The notes: a model not told the origin generated them from the sequence alone. A stretch of 64,000 bases of DNA from an uncultured Clostridia bacterium (GCA_947630975.1 CANRJP010000002.1:1096-65095); one strand, 5' to 3'. Shown: positions 1 to 10,206, counted from the first letter of the stretch. Numbers and translations are program-made.

Positions 1-450
1 TTGCCCGACCCCATGCACAACCGCATTACCGACAGCAATACCCGCTTCGACACAATGAACGACTACAACTATTCAAGTCTCAGCTTCTACTCCAATCCGG
101 TCTGGGTGAACGCCGGAGAATCCGCCATTCTCGCGCCGGAGATTGAGCTGACCGATTATCGGTGGGAGGGCGGCGGCTTTAACGGCACCGTCAGAGTTAC
201 TCCCGACCCCCGTATCACGGCAAGCCCCGAGGACAGGATAAAGGCTTACGTGGCCGCCTTTGACGGCGGCGAAACAAGGCTTTTGAGCGTCAGCGGCGTT
301 GATTTGGCCGACTTGTCAAAGCCGATTGACGTGGATGTGAAAGCGACCCCGCCGGAGCCGGGCGAGATCGTCCTTAAGGTTATTATCGTGAAATCGAACT
401 TGGAGCCCCTTTGTCCCTGCGGACGGCGCACTGTGGGCTATCCGAAATAA
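1..450 (+). CDS. C-terminal part of a hypothetical protein (5' partial)
   Basis: Open frame from the window edge to TAA at 448-450. GC-rich codon usage matches its neighbours. No recognisable domain. Confidence 0.4.
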   Translation: MPDPMHNRITDSNTRFDTMNDYNYSSLSFYSNPVWVNAGESAILAPEIELTDYRWEGGGFNGTVRVTPDPRITASPEDRIKAYVAAFDGGETRLLSVSGVDLADLSKPIDVDVKATPPEPGEIVLKVIIVKSNLEPLCPCGRRTVGYPK

Positions 451-455
451 TGTTC

Positions 456-616
456 ATACTAATCCATAATTAAAATCAGACACCGAGCGACGAGAATTTT
501 TCGTGTCAGGCAAGGAAGAGACCGCAGGCAATACTGTATGTATTGTCAAGGCCGATGACGAAGCTTGGCGCGGAAAAGGCCGTCGCAAATGTCTGATTTT
601 AGTTGGGGATTAGTAT
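456..616. repeat. MITE-like repeat family A, full copy 1 (TIR ATACTAATCC...GGATTAGTAT)
   Basis: An almost identical sequence is present in inverted orientation at 6113-6271. The termini form a ~10-bp inverted repeat. There is no ORF inside. Confidence 0.7.
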
Positions 617-945
617 CAGTCCAAAAGCTCCTTTATCTTGTCGAGGAAGGCTTCCTCGCCCCAGGTGTTGATTTTGAAAAATAAAGCCTGACTGCCGCCG
701 GAGGTTATCGCCGACAGGCTTATGGGGCCGTCTCCGTTTTGGAACAGGGTCACGTTCAGGCTTACCCGATTGCCGCCCGTGTAGCTGTAACGCTCGAATA
801 CCCTCACGCTGCACCGGGCGGTTCCGCTCCTGAAATCGCTCGACTCTTCCAGCGAGGCGGTAACGCTTCCGCTTTGGATTCCTTCTTCTATTTTGCTCAA
901 TATCTTGTAAAAATCACCGTTTACCGTGCGCTCGAGCTTAGCCAT
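616..945 (-). CDS. hypothetical small protein (109 aa)
   Basis: ATG at 943-945 is preceded by GGAGG with 8-nt spacing. The stop codon (TGA, complement of 616-618) lies inside the right TIR of repeat A. Confidence 0.5.
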   Translation of the reverse strand: MAKLERTVNGDFYKILSKIEEGIQSGSVTASLEESSDFRSGTARCSVRVFERYSYTGGNRVSLNVTLFQNGDGPISLSAITSGGSQALFFKINTWGEEAFLDKIKELLD

Positions 946-1065
946 GGTTATTTATCCTCCCTTGTTACAATAAATGCTTATTTATTATATCACATTGCCG
1001 AAAATATTGCAACAGTAAAAAAATCGCGTGGGAGCCGGTCCGCGCGATTTTTATTCACAGGGTCA

Positions 1066-1110
1066 TATTAATTAAAATCAGACACCGAGCGGCGCGGCCA
1101 TTTCGCGAAT
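1066..1110. repeat. truncated copy of the repeat family A left end
   Basis: ATTAATTAAAATCAGACACCGAGCG matches the first ~40 bp of copy 1. Confidence 0.5.
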
Positions 1111-1136
1111 TACTGTTTTTTAGACGCAAAAAGCTG

Positions 1137-1165
1137 TTGCTTTTTTATGATAAAGGTGTTATAAT
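1137..1165 (+). promoter_or_regulatory. putative sigma-A promoter (TTGCTT-17-TATAAT)
   Basis: Hexamers read directly from the sequence, 35 bp upstream of the NlpC/P60 start. Confidence 0.35.
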
Positions 1166-1199
1166 ATATAGTGCGATTTTATGTGGAAGGAGAGAGTCC

Positions 1200-2774
1200 A
1201 TGAATTTGAAAAAATTTACCGCGGTAATGGCCGCGGCTGTGAAGCTTTGTCCGGCGGTAATGGCGAACGGGGCCGAGCCGTACTACATATGCGCTTATTA
1301 CGCCGGCGACGGGAGCCTTATTTCCGCCGAAACGGCCGATTCTCAACTGTCTGAGGAACGGCTCGCCGATATTCTCGGCGAGAAAGCCCCCCGGGGTACC
1401 TCGTCGGGCGCCGTGTACCGTTGGAATTCGCTGCTCGAGCCTGTGGCCGAGCCGATAACCGAGGATTTCACCAACAGAGTAGGCGATGACGGCGCGTTCA
1501 GGGCCCCCAACGTTACTCCGGAAATGTGTCGGCTTGATTTCTGGCTGGAAAAGGGAGCCGTTTCCGACGAGGTAATAATGACCGGGGAGGAGATAGCGGC
1601 CTACAACCGGGCGATACTTGACACAAAGGCCACGAACACCAACGATCTTGCCGCCCTGCCGGAGACTTATGACGGGCGGTCGATGGCCGACAGCATGGCG
1701 GGCTTCGAGTCCCCCAAAAACCTCTATATAGACGGTCAGCCGGTGAGCGAGGAGTACTATGAGGCCATAAGAGAAAATATAAGGAACGCCGCCGTCAGCG
1801 AAAGCATGGAGCTGAAATACGGCGTGGCCGTGAACCGAACCGTGATGAAGGCCTATCCCTACGCCGAGTTTTTGTCGGACAGTCCGGACGACCCGGAATG
1901 GGACGATCTTGTCTCCGCTCCGATATGCGTGAACGAACCCTTGGCGCTGTATTTCACTACCGCCGACGGAAAATTCACGCTTGTAAAGTCCCAGTGCTGT
2001 TCGGGCTGGGTTCTCTCGGAGGATATAGCGGCCTGCGCGGACAAGGCCCAATGGCTGGAGGTCACCGCGCCGGAAAAGATTTTGCTGGTGACCGGTGAAA
2101 AGATCTATCTCGAGCCAAGCGCCGACACCGATCTTAACGAGAAAATGCTCACTATGGGCACCGCTTTGGAGCTTGTGACCGACTGGCCCGGCCCGGTGTC
2201 CGGTCGGCTGCCCTGGGACAACTATGTTGTGAAGCTGCCCGCGAGAGATGAGAACGGCGGATACTGTCAGAAGCTGGCTCTGATACCGGCCAACCGTGAC
2301 GTGAACGTGGGCTATCTGCCCTATACAACCGCCAACGTCGCCGCTCAGGCTCTGAAAGCCCTCGGCAACCGTTACGGCTGGGGCGGAATGATGAACTCCA
2401 ACGACTGCTCGTCTTTTGTGCGCGAGGTGTATATGTGCTTCGGCATTATGCTGCCGCGAAACACCACCTGGCAGTCAAAGGTTCCGACGGGAGTTACCGA
2501 ATTGTCGGCCATGACAAACGAGGAAAAAATTGCCTTTCTGACCGGCGCCCCGGCGGGGACGGTATTGATCTTCCCCGGCCATGAGGTGCTCTATTTTGGG
2601 GAGGACGGCGGCTTTTACTACGTCGTAAGCGACGTCAGCTCGCTGGTAAGCCCCGCGTCCCCGGGCGAAGGCATAGTCAAGCCCAGGGGAGTTGTGCTGA
2701 ACGACCTGTCCACTCTGAGGGCGAACGGCACCACATGGCTGGACAATTTGAGTTATGCCGTTGAGGTTAAATAA
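1200..2774 (+). CDS. secreted NlpC/P60 (C40) family cell-wall hydrolase
   Basis: ATG at 1200 after GGAAGGAGAG. N-terminal signal peptide. C-terminal motif GWGGMMNSNDCSSFVREVY...LPRNTTWQ, typical of the NlpC/P60 catalytic Cys region. Confidence 0.75.
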   Translation: MNLKKFTAVMAAAVKLCPAVMANGAEPYYICAYYAGDGSLISAETADSQLSEERLADILGEKAPRGTSSGAVYRWNSLLEPVAEPITEDFTNRVGDDGAFRAPNVTPEMCRLDFWLEKGAVSDEVIMTGEEIAAYNRAILDTKATNTNDLAALPETYDGRSMADSMAGFESPKNLYIDGQPVSEEYYEAIRENIRNAAVSESMELKYGVAVNRTVMKAYPYAEFLSDSPDDPEWDDLVSAPICVNEPLALYFTTADGKFTLVKSQCCSGWVLSEDIAACADKAQWLEVTAPEKILLVTGEKIYLEPSADTDLNEKMLTMGTALELVTDWPGPVSGRLPWDNYVVKLPARDENGGYCQKLALIPANRDVNVGYLPYTTANVAAQALKALGNRYGWGGMMNSNDCSSFVREVYMCFGIMLPRNTTWQSKVPTGVTELSAMTNEEKIAFLTGAPAGTVLIFPGHEVLYFGEDGGFYYVVSDVSSLVSPASPGEGIVKPRGVVLNDLSTLRANGTTWLDNLSYAVEVK

Positions 2775-2804
2775 ACCTATATTTTTATAAGGGAGAGATA
2801 AATC

Positions 2805-4922
2805 ATGAACAAATTGATTAAACGAATTTCCGCGCTTGTTACGGCCGCGTTTGTGGCCGGCGCGGCGATGCCCGCGGCTCTCGCCGCCGACGGAACGGAG
2901 GAAAAAGCCGTTTCACTCCGAATGGCGGCTTACTATGACGAAGCCGGCAGGCTTGTTGGAGTAAAGCGCGTCGGCGAGGGGCTGAATGATGATGAGCTGG
3001 AGGTGCTTGTGGGTCTGTTCGAACCCTCCAACGCCGTAACCGCGAAGGTATTCGCCTGGACGGCGGAGCTTGAACCCGTCGAGGGCAAGGCAAAGACCGT
3101 AGACCTCGGCGGCGACGGCAATTCCGTTGTGATACTCCATACCAACGATATGCACGGCAGCCTTGTTGGCTCAAGCTCCGTTATCGGCAGCGACTATGTG
3201 GCCGCTCTTAAGAAGGCCGAAAACGCCATCCTTGCCGACGGCGGCGACGCAACCCAGGGCGTGGCCCTTGCCTCTCAGTCAAAGGGTATGGACATAATCA
3301 AAATAATGAACGCCGCCGGATATGACGTTATGGCTCTGGGTAATCACGAGTTCGACTACGGCCAGGAGCAGTTGCGTAAGTTCCGTGAGTTGGCGAACTT
3401 CCCGATAATTTCGGCCAATACATATGTCGACGGAAATATCCTCTGCGGAGCCGAGGATAACAACGGCGAAAATGTTATTATTGAGAAAAACGGTATAAAG
3501 GTGGGCATCTTTGCCCTCACCACCCGCTCCACCGCAACCTCCACAAAGCCCGAAAATCTCACGGGCGTGGAGTTCCGCGACGAGATAGCGACCGCGAAGG
3601 AGCAGGTTGAAAAGCTGGACGCCGAGGGAGCCGATGTCATAGTCGCCCTTGTGCACATGGGCATACTGGACGATGCCGCCGAATGTACCAGCCGTGAACT
3701 GGCTCTTGCCCTGAAGGACACAGAGCTGGACGCCATAATTGACGGCCACAGCCACAGCGTTGTCGATGAAGTGGTCGAAGGCACAAACATCGCTCTTGCC
3801 CAGACCGGCACCGGCAGCGCCAATGTGGGCCATATGGAGATAACGGTGGCCGACGACGGAAAGGTTACCGTGGACGAGACCCTTCTGTCCGGAGCTTTCT
3901 TCAACGAATTGACGCCGGATGCGGAGGTGACCGCCGTAATTAACGAGCTGAACGGTGAGCTCAGCGAAACCCTCAAGCAGCCCATCGGCGTTACGGCCAA
4001 CACCCTTTGGGGCGGCTCCGTAAACGGAAAGATTGCCGAGTCCCGTTCCGGCGAGACCAATCTGGGCGACCTTATCTGCGACGCCATGATAGCCGAGGCC
4101 GAGGACATTGTGCCCGCCGACAAGAAGGGTCTGCCCATCGTGGCGATAGAGAATGGCGGAGGCTTCCGCACAGCCATACCTAACGGAGAAATGAACATCG
4201 GCAGTGTTATCAACTGCCTGCCCTTTGCCAACGCGGTAATGACTAAGGAAATAACTCCCGCGGTGCTGTACACCGCTCTCGAGAGCTTTGTTTCCTCCGT
4301 TACGGCCCAAGATAAAGAAACCGGCTTCCTGACGGCATCTTATTCCGGTTCCTTCCCCCAGATAGGCGGTATGAGCTTCGTGTACGACCCCAACGCTGAA
4401 AAGGGCGCTAAAATAACTTCCGTCGCTCTCAACAACGGAACCGCCGTTGACAGAGAGGACGCCGACACAAAGCTCGTGCTTGTATCAAACGATTATGTTA
4501 TCGGCAACGCCGCTTTTGCGGACTGCCCGTTTATTGCCGAGGGCAGCGGCCTTACCGAAAGCGTGCTGGCCTATATCGCGGAGCTTACCGAGAACGGCAA
4601 AAAGCCTCTCGAGCTGCCTGTCGCCGAGGGCCGCATAAAAACGGTGAACCATGACCCGAATCGGAAGTATACGGCTCGGTTCTCCGTAAAGGGCGAAGGT
4701 GTACCCGCCGAGCTCACCGCCATAGTTGACGGAAGCGAAGCATTTACCGGTAAAGTTACCGATGGGGTGCTTGAGCTTGAACTGCCCGACGGCCCCCACG
4801 CCGTAAAGCTCTATGAGGATCAAACCGAGGTATATGTGAACAATTACAGCGGCAACGGCACCGTTGAGGATTACAACGGCTTGCATCTGGGCTGGCCCGA
4901 GTTGGAATACGTCGCCGAATGA
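2805..4922 (+). CDS. bifunctional metallophosphatase / 5'-nucleotidase (UshA-like), secreted
   Basis: Signal peptide. Metallophos motifs VILHTNDMHG and GNHEFDYG. Long 5'-nucleotidase C-terminal domain. Confidence 0.8.
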   Translation: MNKLIKRISALVTAAFVAGAAMPAALAADGTEEKAVSLRMAAYYDEAGRLVGVKRVGEGLNDDELEVLVGLFEPSNAVTAKVFAWTAELEPVEGKAKTVDLGGDGNSVVILHTNDMHGSLVGSSSVIGSDYVAALKKAENAILADGGDATQGVALASQSKGMDIIKIMNAAGYDVMALGNHEFDYGQEQLRKFRELANFPIISANTYVDGNILCGAEDNNGENVIIEKNGIKVGIFALTTRSTATSTKPENLTGVEFRDEIATAKEQVEKLDAEGADVIVALVHMGILDDAAECTSRELALALKDTELDAIIDGHSHSVVDEVVEGTNIALAQTGTGSANVGHMEITVADDGKVTVDETLLSGAFFNELTPDAEVTAVINELNGELSETLKQPIGVTANTLWGGSVNGKIAESRSGETNLGDLICDAMIAEAEDIVPADKKGLPIVAIENGGGFRTAIPNGEMNIGSVINCLPFANAVMTKEITPAVLYTALESFVSSVTAQDKETGFLTASYSGSFPQIGGMSFVYDPNAEKGAKITSVALNNGTAVDREDADTKLVLVSNDYVIGNAAFADCPFIAEGSGLTESVLAYIAELTENGKKPLELPVAEGRIKTVNHDPNRKYTARFSVKGEGVPAELTAIVDGSEAFTGKVTDGVLELELPDGPHAVKLYEDQTEVYVNNYSGNGTVEDYNGLHLGWPELEYVAE

Positions 4923-4950
4923 TATTTAAAATTGAGGAGGTAATATTATT

Positions 4951-5961
4951 ATGGATATAAGCTGGCTGCTTTTGCTTCAACATTTTCGTGAGGCCACCGG
5001 CGGAATTTTCGACAGCTTTTTCGAGGCTGTGACCCGCCTTGGCGAGACCTCGGTAAGCTCGCCGTATTTGCTGTTGGCTCTGGGCCTGGTATATTGGTGC
5101 TATGACAAGCGTCAGGGCATATTTATGATGATGTCCCTGTACACCAACCGCGTTGTCAACGGCTTCGTAAAGATCACCGCCTGTGTTTACCGGCCATGGA
5201 TAAGAGACGCCAGAGTCGTACCCGTGCCGGAAGCCATGGCCGAGGCCACGGGTTACTCCTTCCCCAGCGGTCACGCCGGCAACGCCGCGACGGTCTGGGG
5301 CGGGCTGGCCGTTGGCGAAACATATAACGGAAAGAAAACTCCCCTTTGGGCCAGAATTTTCTTTGTGGTAGTAGTGATTTTGGTGGCCTTCTCCCGAAAT
5401 TATCTGGGCGTACACACTCCCCAGGACGTAATTGTGGCCTTGCTCATTGCCGCCATAGTGCTCTTTGCGGTGAACAAGGTAATGAAGCTGATGGATAAGC
5501 GGCCCGAGGCCGACGTATGGGTGCTTCTGGGCGGGATCGTACTCTGTCTGCTGCTAATAGCCTACGGAGTTCTCAAGCCGCTCAGTACCTACCCGATGGA
5601 CTACGACCAGGCCGGCAAGCTCATAGTCGACCCGGCGAAGATGTCCGTGGACTCCTTTAAAAACGCCGGAATGGGCCTCGGCTTCTTCATAGGCTGGTTC
5701 ATTGAGAGGCGCTTTATCCGCTTCTCCACCGACATCGGCAATACCGAGAAAATTGTGCGCTATCTGTTCTGCGCATTCACCTTCATATTAGTGAATATCC
5801 TTGTGGGCGATATGCTTTCAAAGACTCTCATATCCGCCGGGCTTGCCGAGGGCTTCGCCAAGGCTCTTACCCAGTTTGTCTGCGTATTCTGGTTCGTGGC
5901 CGGCGCCCCCTTTGTGTCGAAAATATTCTCCGGCCTTTCCCGTAAAAAAGCGGAAAAATAA
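4951..5961 (+). CDS. PAP2 superfamily membrane phosphatase
   Basis: PAP2 motif SFPSGHAGNAATVWGG. Multiple hydrophobic TM segments. Confidence 0.7.
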   Translation: MDISWLLLLQHFREATGGIFDSFFEAVTRLGETSVSSPYLLLALGLVYWCYDKRQGIFMMMSLYTNRVVNGFVKITACVYRPWIRDARVVPVPEAMAEATGYSFPSGHAGNAATVWGGLAVGETYNGKKTPLWARIFFVVVVILVAFSRNYLGVHTPQDVIVALLIAAIVLFAVNKVMKLMDKRPEADVWVLLGGIVLCLLLIAYGVLKPLSTYPMDYDQAGKLIVDPAKMSVDSFKNAGMGLGFFIGWFIERRFIRFSTDIGNTEKIVRYLFCAFTFILVNILVGDMLSKTLISAGLAEGFAKALTQFVCVFWFVAGAPFVSKIFSGLSRKKAEK

Positions 5962-6029
5962 GCGCGAAGCCTGCTGACCCTTCTTTAACGGCGTCGGCCC
6001 GCGGCAGAGCAAAGAAGTGAATTTTGGAT

Positions 6030-6068
6030 AAACCGTCCCGCGTATCGCCGCTGGACGGTTTATTTTTC
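6030..6068 (+). terminator. intrinsic terminator (AAACCGTCC...GGACGGTTT + T-run)
   Basis: Hairpin followed by TTATTTTT, downstream of the PAP2 gene. Confidence 0.4.
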
Positions 6069-6112
6069 AAACATATATTGACAAGCTCCACGATTAAAGC
6101 TATAATTAAGTT

Positions 6113-6271
6113 ATACTAATCCCAACTAAAATCATCAATTTGGTGCGGGCCTTTTCGCGCCGTACAGCGTCATCGGTCTTGCCAATACATACAGTATTGC
6201 CTGCGGCCTCTTCCTTGTCCGGCACAAAAAATCCTCGCCCCTCGGTTGACGCTTTTAATCGGGATTAGTAT
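6113..6271. repeat. MITE-like repeat family A, full copy 2 (inverted relative to copy 1)
   Basis: Reverse complement of 456-616 with few mismatches. Same TIRs. Confidence 0.7.
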
Positions 6272-6444
6272 AAGACAATTTCAAACATTTTAATTGCCAA
6301 AATTCAACATTTGTTAACAAAAAAAACAAATATTGAAAATAATATTGTGCTAAATTCATAATATCAATAAAAAATGATTTATGACGGCATTTACCCGAGC
6401 ATGAATAACGGAGGTAAACAATATATTGAAGGGGGATAACAAAG

Positions 6445-7158
6445 ATGAAAAAGACTCAGAAAATACTGGTGGTCGACGACGACGCCAATATCTGTGAGCT
6501 GCTCAGGCTCTATCTTAAAAAGGAGGGCTTTGAAACGGTGATCTGCTCCAACGGTGAAAAGGCGCTTGAGGAGTTCGCCGCCGAGCAGCCCGACCTGGCC
6601 ATACTCGACATAATGATGCCGAAGGTTGACGGCATGACGGTTTGCCGCGAGATACGAAAGACCAGCAATATGCCCATCATTATGCTTACAGCCAAGGGCG
6701 AGACCTTCGATAAGGTGCTGGGGCTTGAGCTGGGAGCCGACGACTATATGGTCAAGCCCTTCGAGGGCAAGGAGCTGGTGGCCCGTGTCAAGGCCGTCCT
6801 TCGCCGAAGCGAGGTTCAGAAGGAGGAGAGCGAGGAAAAGATCATACGTTATCCAAATATCGTTATCAACCTCACCAACTACGAGCTCACGCTTGGCGAC
6901 AAGTCCTTTGACATACCGCCGAAGGAGCTGGAGCTGCTGTACTTCCTGGCAAGTCACCCCAACCGGGTGTTCACAAGGGAACAGCTCCTTGAAGATGTGT
7001 GGGGTTTTGACTATTACGGCGACTCGCGGACGGTGGACGTCCACGTAAAGCGGCTCAGGGAAAAGCTGGAGGGCTACGACGACAGTTGGTCCCTCAAGAC
7101 CGTTTGGGGCGTGGGCTACAAGTTCGAGGTCAAGCCGGAGGTGAAGCCTGTTGGGTAA
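6445..7158 (+). CDS. OmpR-family response regulator (CssR-like)
   Basis: Receiver motifs (VVDDD, D at ILDIMMP). C-terminal winged-helix segment (VWGVGYKF). Confidence 0.85.
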   Translation: MKKTQKILVVDDDANICELLRLYLKKEGFETVICSNGEKALEEFAAEQPDLAILDIMMPKVDGMTVCREIRKTSNMPIIMLTAKGETFDKVLGLELGADDYMVKPFEGKELVARVKAVLRRSEVQKEESEEKIIRYPNIVINLTNYELTLGDKSFDIPPKELELLYFLASHPNRVFTREQLLEDVWGFDYYGDSRTVDVHVKRLREKLEGYDDSWSLKTVWGVGYKFEVKPEVKPVG

Positions 7159-8590
7159 AACTCTGTTCACCCGTGTGTTCCTGACGACGGTGCTGGTTAT
7201 TCTTCTGTCCTGCATACTGTCGGCCTCCCTGCTTTACAGTCAGCTTGGCAACTATATAATCAGAACGGAGAGCGAGGAGCTGGAGGACGTGGCGGAGCGT
7301 GTGGCGGAGATAACGGGCCAGTTTATTGACGACAGCTCGGCCCAAAAGTGGCTTTTCAGGCACATCGAGACCCAGAGCTTGAACAACCGCTGCACCATAC
7401 TTGTTATGAATACCAACGCCGAAATAGTTACCATGGCCGGCGGCAGCGAATTCATAGACGTGGACAAACTGGGCAAGGGCCTCATAAGCAAGGCGCTGAA
7501 GGGCGAAAGCACCAGCGGAATAGTCAACGACGAGGCCGGCGTCGCCAAAAACACCTTCGTCTGTACGGAACCGATTTACACCGAATACAACGGCGGTTCC
7601 CTGATACTGGGAGCGGTGGCGGTCTGCAAGCCCATGCCCCAGATACAGCAGGCCCGGAACGAGGTTATGGGGCTGCTGATAACCTCCCAGTCCATCGCGC
7701 TGATGATAGCCTTTCTGTTCAGCTTCCTGCTGGCAAGGAGCATTTCCCGCCCCATAAGCCAGCTCAATTCCGCGGCAAAGGCCGTGGCCTCCGGCGACTT
7801 CACTAAAAAAATAGAGCGCCGCTCCGAGGACGAGATAGGCGAGCTTATATCCAGCTTCAACTACATGACCGGCGCCCTTAAGGAAATAGACGAGGCCAGG
7901 AGCAGCTTCGTCAGCAACGTCGCTCACGAGCTGAGAACCCCGATGACGATAATCAGCGGCTTTGTGGAGGGCATAATCGACGGAACCATAAGCGAGGACG
8001 AGCGGGATAAGTATCTGAATATAGTGCTCAGCGAGTCCCGGCGCCTTGGCCGCCTCGTCAACGATCTTCTCCAGACCAGCCGCCTCGAAAGCGGCACCGC
8101 CAAGCTGGTGATGAAACAGATAGACATCAACGAAATGCTGCGGAAGGGCGTCATAAGCTATGAAAACGCCATCACGGAGAAAAATCTGGACGTGGAGGTG
8201 GAGTTCAAGCGGGAAAACTGCTACGCCGTAGGCGATGAGGACTCCATTTACCGCGTGGTAATGAATCTGCTTGACAACGCAATAAAATACGCTCCCGAGG
8301 GCGGACACATAAAGGTGAAAACCTCCGAGACCGTGCGCAAGGTGGAGGTCAGCATCGAAAACAGCGGCGAGGGCATCAGCGAAAGAGATCTGGCTCATAT
8401 TTGGGAAAGATTTTATAAGACTGACAAGAGCCGCGGCATGGATAAGCGGGGCGTCGGTCTGGGACTTTATCTGGTAAAGACCATAATCAACCAGCACAAC
8501 AACCGCATTTGGGCCGAGAGCAAGGAGGGTGAGTATACGAGGTTTACCTTCACTCTCGATAAGCCCGGCATTACCGGTGTGAAAAACTAA
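7151..8590 (+). CDS. sensor histidine kinase (HAMP-HisKA-HATPase), CssS-like
   Basis: TTG start overlapping the response-regulator stop. H-box VAHELRTPMT. N/G boxes (NLLDNAIKY, GVGLGL). Two TM segments. Confidence 0.85.
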   Translation: MGKTLFTRVFLTTVLVILLSCILSASLLYSQLGNYIIRTESEELEDVAERVAEITGQFIDDSSAQKWLFRHIETQSLNNRCTILVMNTNAEIVTMAGGSEFIDVDKLGKGLISKALKGESTSGIVNDEAGVAKNTFVCTEPIYTEYNGGSLILGAVAVCKPMPQIQQARNEVMGLLITSQSIALMIAFLFSFLLARSISRPISQLNSAAKAVASGDFTKKIERRSEDEIGELISSFNYMTGALKEIDEARSSFVSNVAHELRTPMTIISGFVEGIIDGTISEDERDKYLNIVLSESRRLGRLVNDLLQTSRLESGTAKLVMKQIDINEMLRKGVISYENAITEKNLDVEVEFKRENCYAVGDEDSIYRVVMNLLDNAIKYAPEGGHIKVKTSETVRKVEVSIENSGEGISERDLAHIWERFYKTDKSRGMDKRGVGLGLYLVKTIINQHNNRIWAESKEGEYTRFTFTLDKPGITGVKN

Positions 8591-8600
8591 ACCGTATTAA

Positions 8601-8780
8601 GGCAATACCGCACAAAGACCGCTTTAGAGCTTTGTACCCATCTTGCTTGCATCTTTTCCGACGTATCTTACGAAAACTCCTTGAAATACGACAGTATTCC
8701 TTCGTCGTTTTCGTAATTCCGTCAAAAAATCTGCGGCGCAATATGGGCACAATCTCTGTGCGGTATTACCTTAAAAAGTA
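8601..8780. repeat. 180-bp segment bounded by a 17-bp perfect inverted repeat (GGCAATACCGCACAAAG / CTCTGTGCGGTATTACC)
   Basis: Seen directly. It contains an inner IR CTTACGAAAAC / GTTTTCGTAA. Confidence 0.5.
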
Positions 8781-8895
8781 TTGACATATTTTTTAAAACA
8801 AGTTTAAAATGAAGTTCATATCTGTGTAATAATTGTATTCTATAATTATAGCATAATAATCAAAAGGTTATAAAAAAAGGAAAGGATGATTTTTT

Positions 8896-10185
8896 ATGAC
8901 GGATTATAATGAATTTAATTGGAATGAAGAAGAAGGCCATGCGGCGGAGCCTCAGCCTGTCTCTACTCAACTGTACACCGAAAACGTACTTCGGCCAAAG
9001 AACAGTAAGAAGAAAAAGGGCGGCGCGAGGCTCGCGGTCGGAGTTATCTGCGGTGCGCTTGCGGGAAGTATTCTTTCCACAACGCTTGTGCTTGGAGCGT
9101 TCTCCATCAATAATAAGAACGGAAAGGCCACAATGTTCGAGTCAAGCCGCAAGGACGTGATCAACACCACCCAGGTCAGCACCGTTGTCGGCAGCGATAA
9201 GGGCGGGGAATTGACCACCCGTGAAATCGCGAGAATGGTAGGCCCCTCTGTGGTGGGCATTTCCTGCACGGTTCAGTACCAGAACAACTTCTACTTCTTT
9301 GGCGGCGGCACCCAGACGGCGGTGTCCAGCGGCAGCGGCGTAATAATCAGCGACACCGGACACATTGTCACCAACTACCACGTCATTGACGGCGGCAGCG
9401 ATATAAAGGTAAAGTTCAATAACGGCGACGAGTACCCCGCAACTCTTGTGGGCGGCGATGAGGAGTCCGACCTTGCGGTGCTCAAGATCGACCCCGTGGA
9501 CGGTATGACCGTGGCCGTTATGGGCGACAGCGATTTGGTAGAGGTGGGCGACAGGGCCATCGCCATCGGCAATCCCCTTGGCGACGAGCTTTTCGGCACC
9601 ACGACCCAGGGCATTATCAGCGGTAAGAACCGTACCGTCACCGTTGACAACCGTCAGATGACTTTGATTCAGACCGACGCGGCCATTAACAACGGCAACA
9701 GCGGCGGCGCCCTCATCAACGCCTACGGCGAGGTTATCGGCATCAACAGCGTGAAGATTTCCAGCAACATCACTTCCAGCGGCAGCACCGTTGAGGGATT
9801 GGGCTTCGCCATTCCCATCAACGAGGTAAAGAGCGTTGTCAACGACCTCATCAATTACGGCTATGTAACCGGCAAGCCCCTCATCGGTCTGACCGTCCAG
9901 CCCATCACAAATGAGATGGCTCTGTATCTGCCTGTCGACCACGGTCTGTATGTAATGGGCGTTACCGCCGGCAGTGCGGCGGAAAAGGCCGGCATCCAGC
10001 GCGGCGATATAGTTATCTCCTTCGACGGACAGGAGGTACGGACAAATACGGAACTCAACGCCTTGAGAGATAAGCATAAGGCCGGCGACGAGGTTGAAAT
10101 GGTTATCGACCGCAACGGCGAGCGCCTGACTATCAATCTCACTCTTTCGGAGGACAGCTCCGCAAAGACAAAGCAGCAGCAATAG
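8896..10185 (+). CDS. htrA: HtrA/DegP-family serine protease with C-terminal PDZ domain
   Basis: Trypsin-like catalytic triad context (HVI, D, GNSGGAL). PDZ region. N-terminal TM anchor. Confidence 0.85.
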   Translation: MTDYNEFNWNEEEGHAAEPQPVSTQLYTENVLRPKNSKKKKGGARLAVGVICGALAGSILSTTLVLGAFSINNKNGKATMFESSRKDVINTTQVSTVVGSDKGGELTTREIARMVGPSVVGISCTVQYQNNFYFFGGGTQTAVSSGSGVIISDTGHIVTNYHVIDGGSDIKVKFNNGDEYPATLVGGDEESDLAVLKIDPVDGMTVAVMGDSDLVEVGDRAIAIGNPLGDELFGTTTQGIISGKNRTVTVDNRQMTLIQTDAAINNGNSGGALINAYGEVIGINSVKISSNITSSGSTVEGLGFAIPINEVKSVVNDLINYGYVTGKPLIGLTVQPITNEMALYLPVDHGLYVMGVTAGSAAEKAGIQRGDIVISFDGQEVRTNTELNALRDKHKAGDEVEMVIDRNGERLTINLTLSEDSSAKTKQQQ

Positions 10186-10206
10186 TATCACCTGACAAAA
10201 AACATG

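Noticed and set aside
1179-2051. Long antisense ORFs opposite annotated genes (for example 1179-2051-, 3279-4310-, 7130-8497-, 9142-10350-, 15136-17283-, 17900-18907-, 19752-21167-, 24389-25282-, 29656-30621-, 32984-33820-, 46393-47385-, 62129-62953-).
   Set aside because: High-GC DNA produces long stop-free antisense frames. They have no RBS, are Arg/Gly/His-rich and low in complexity, and the sense-strand partners have clear domain matches.
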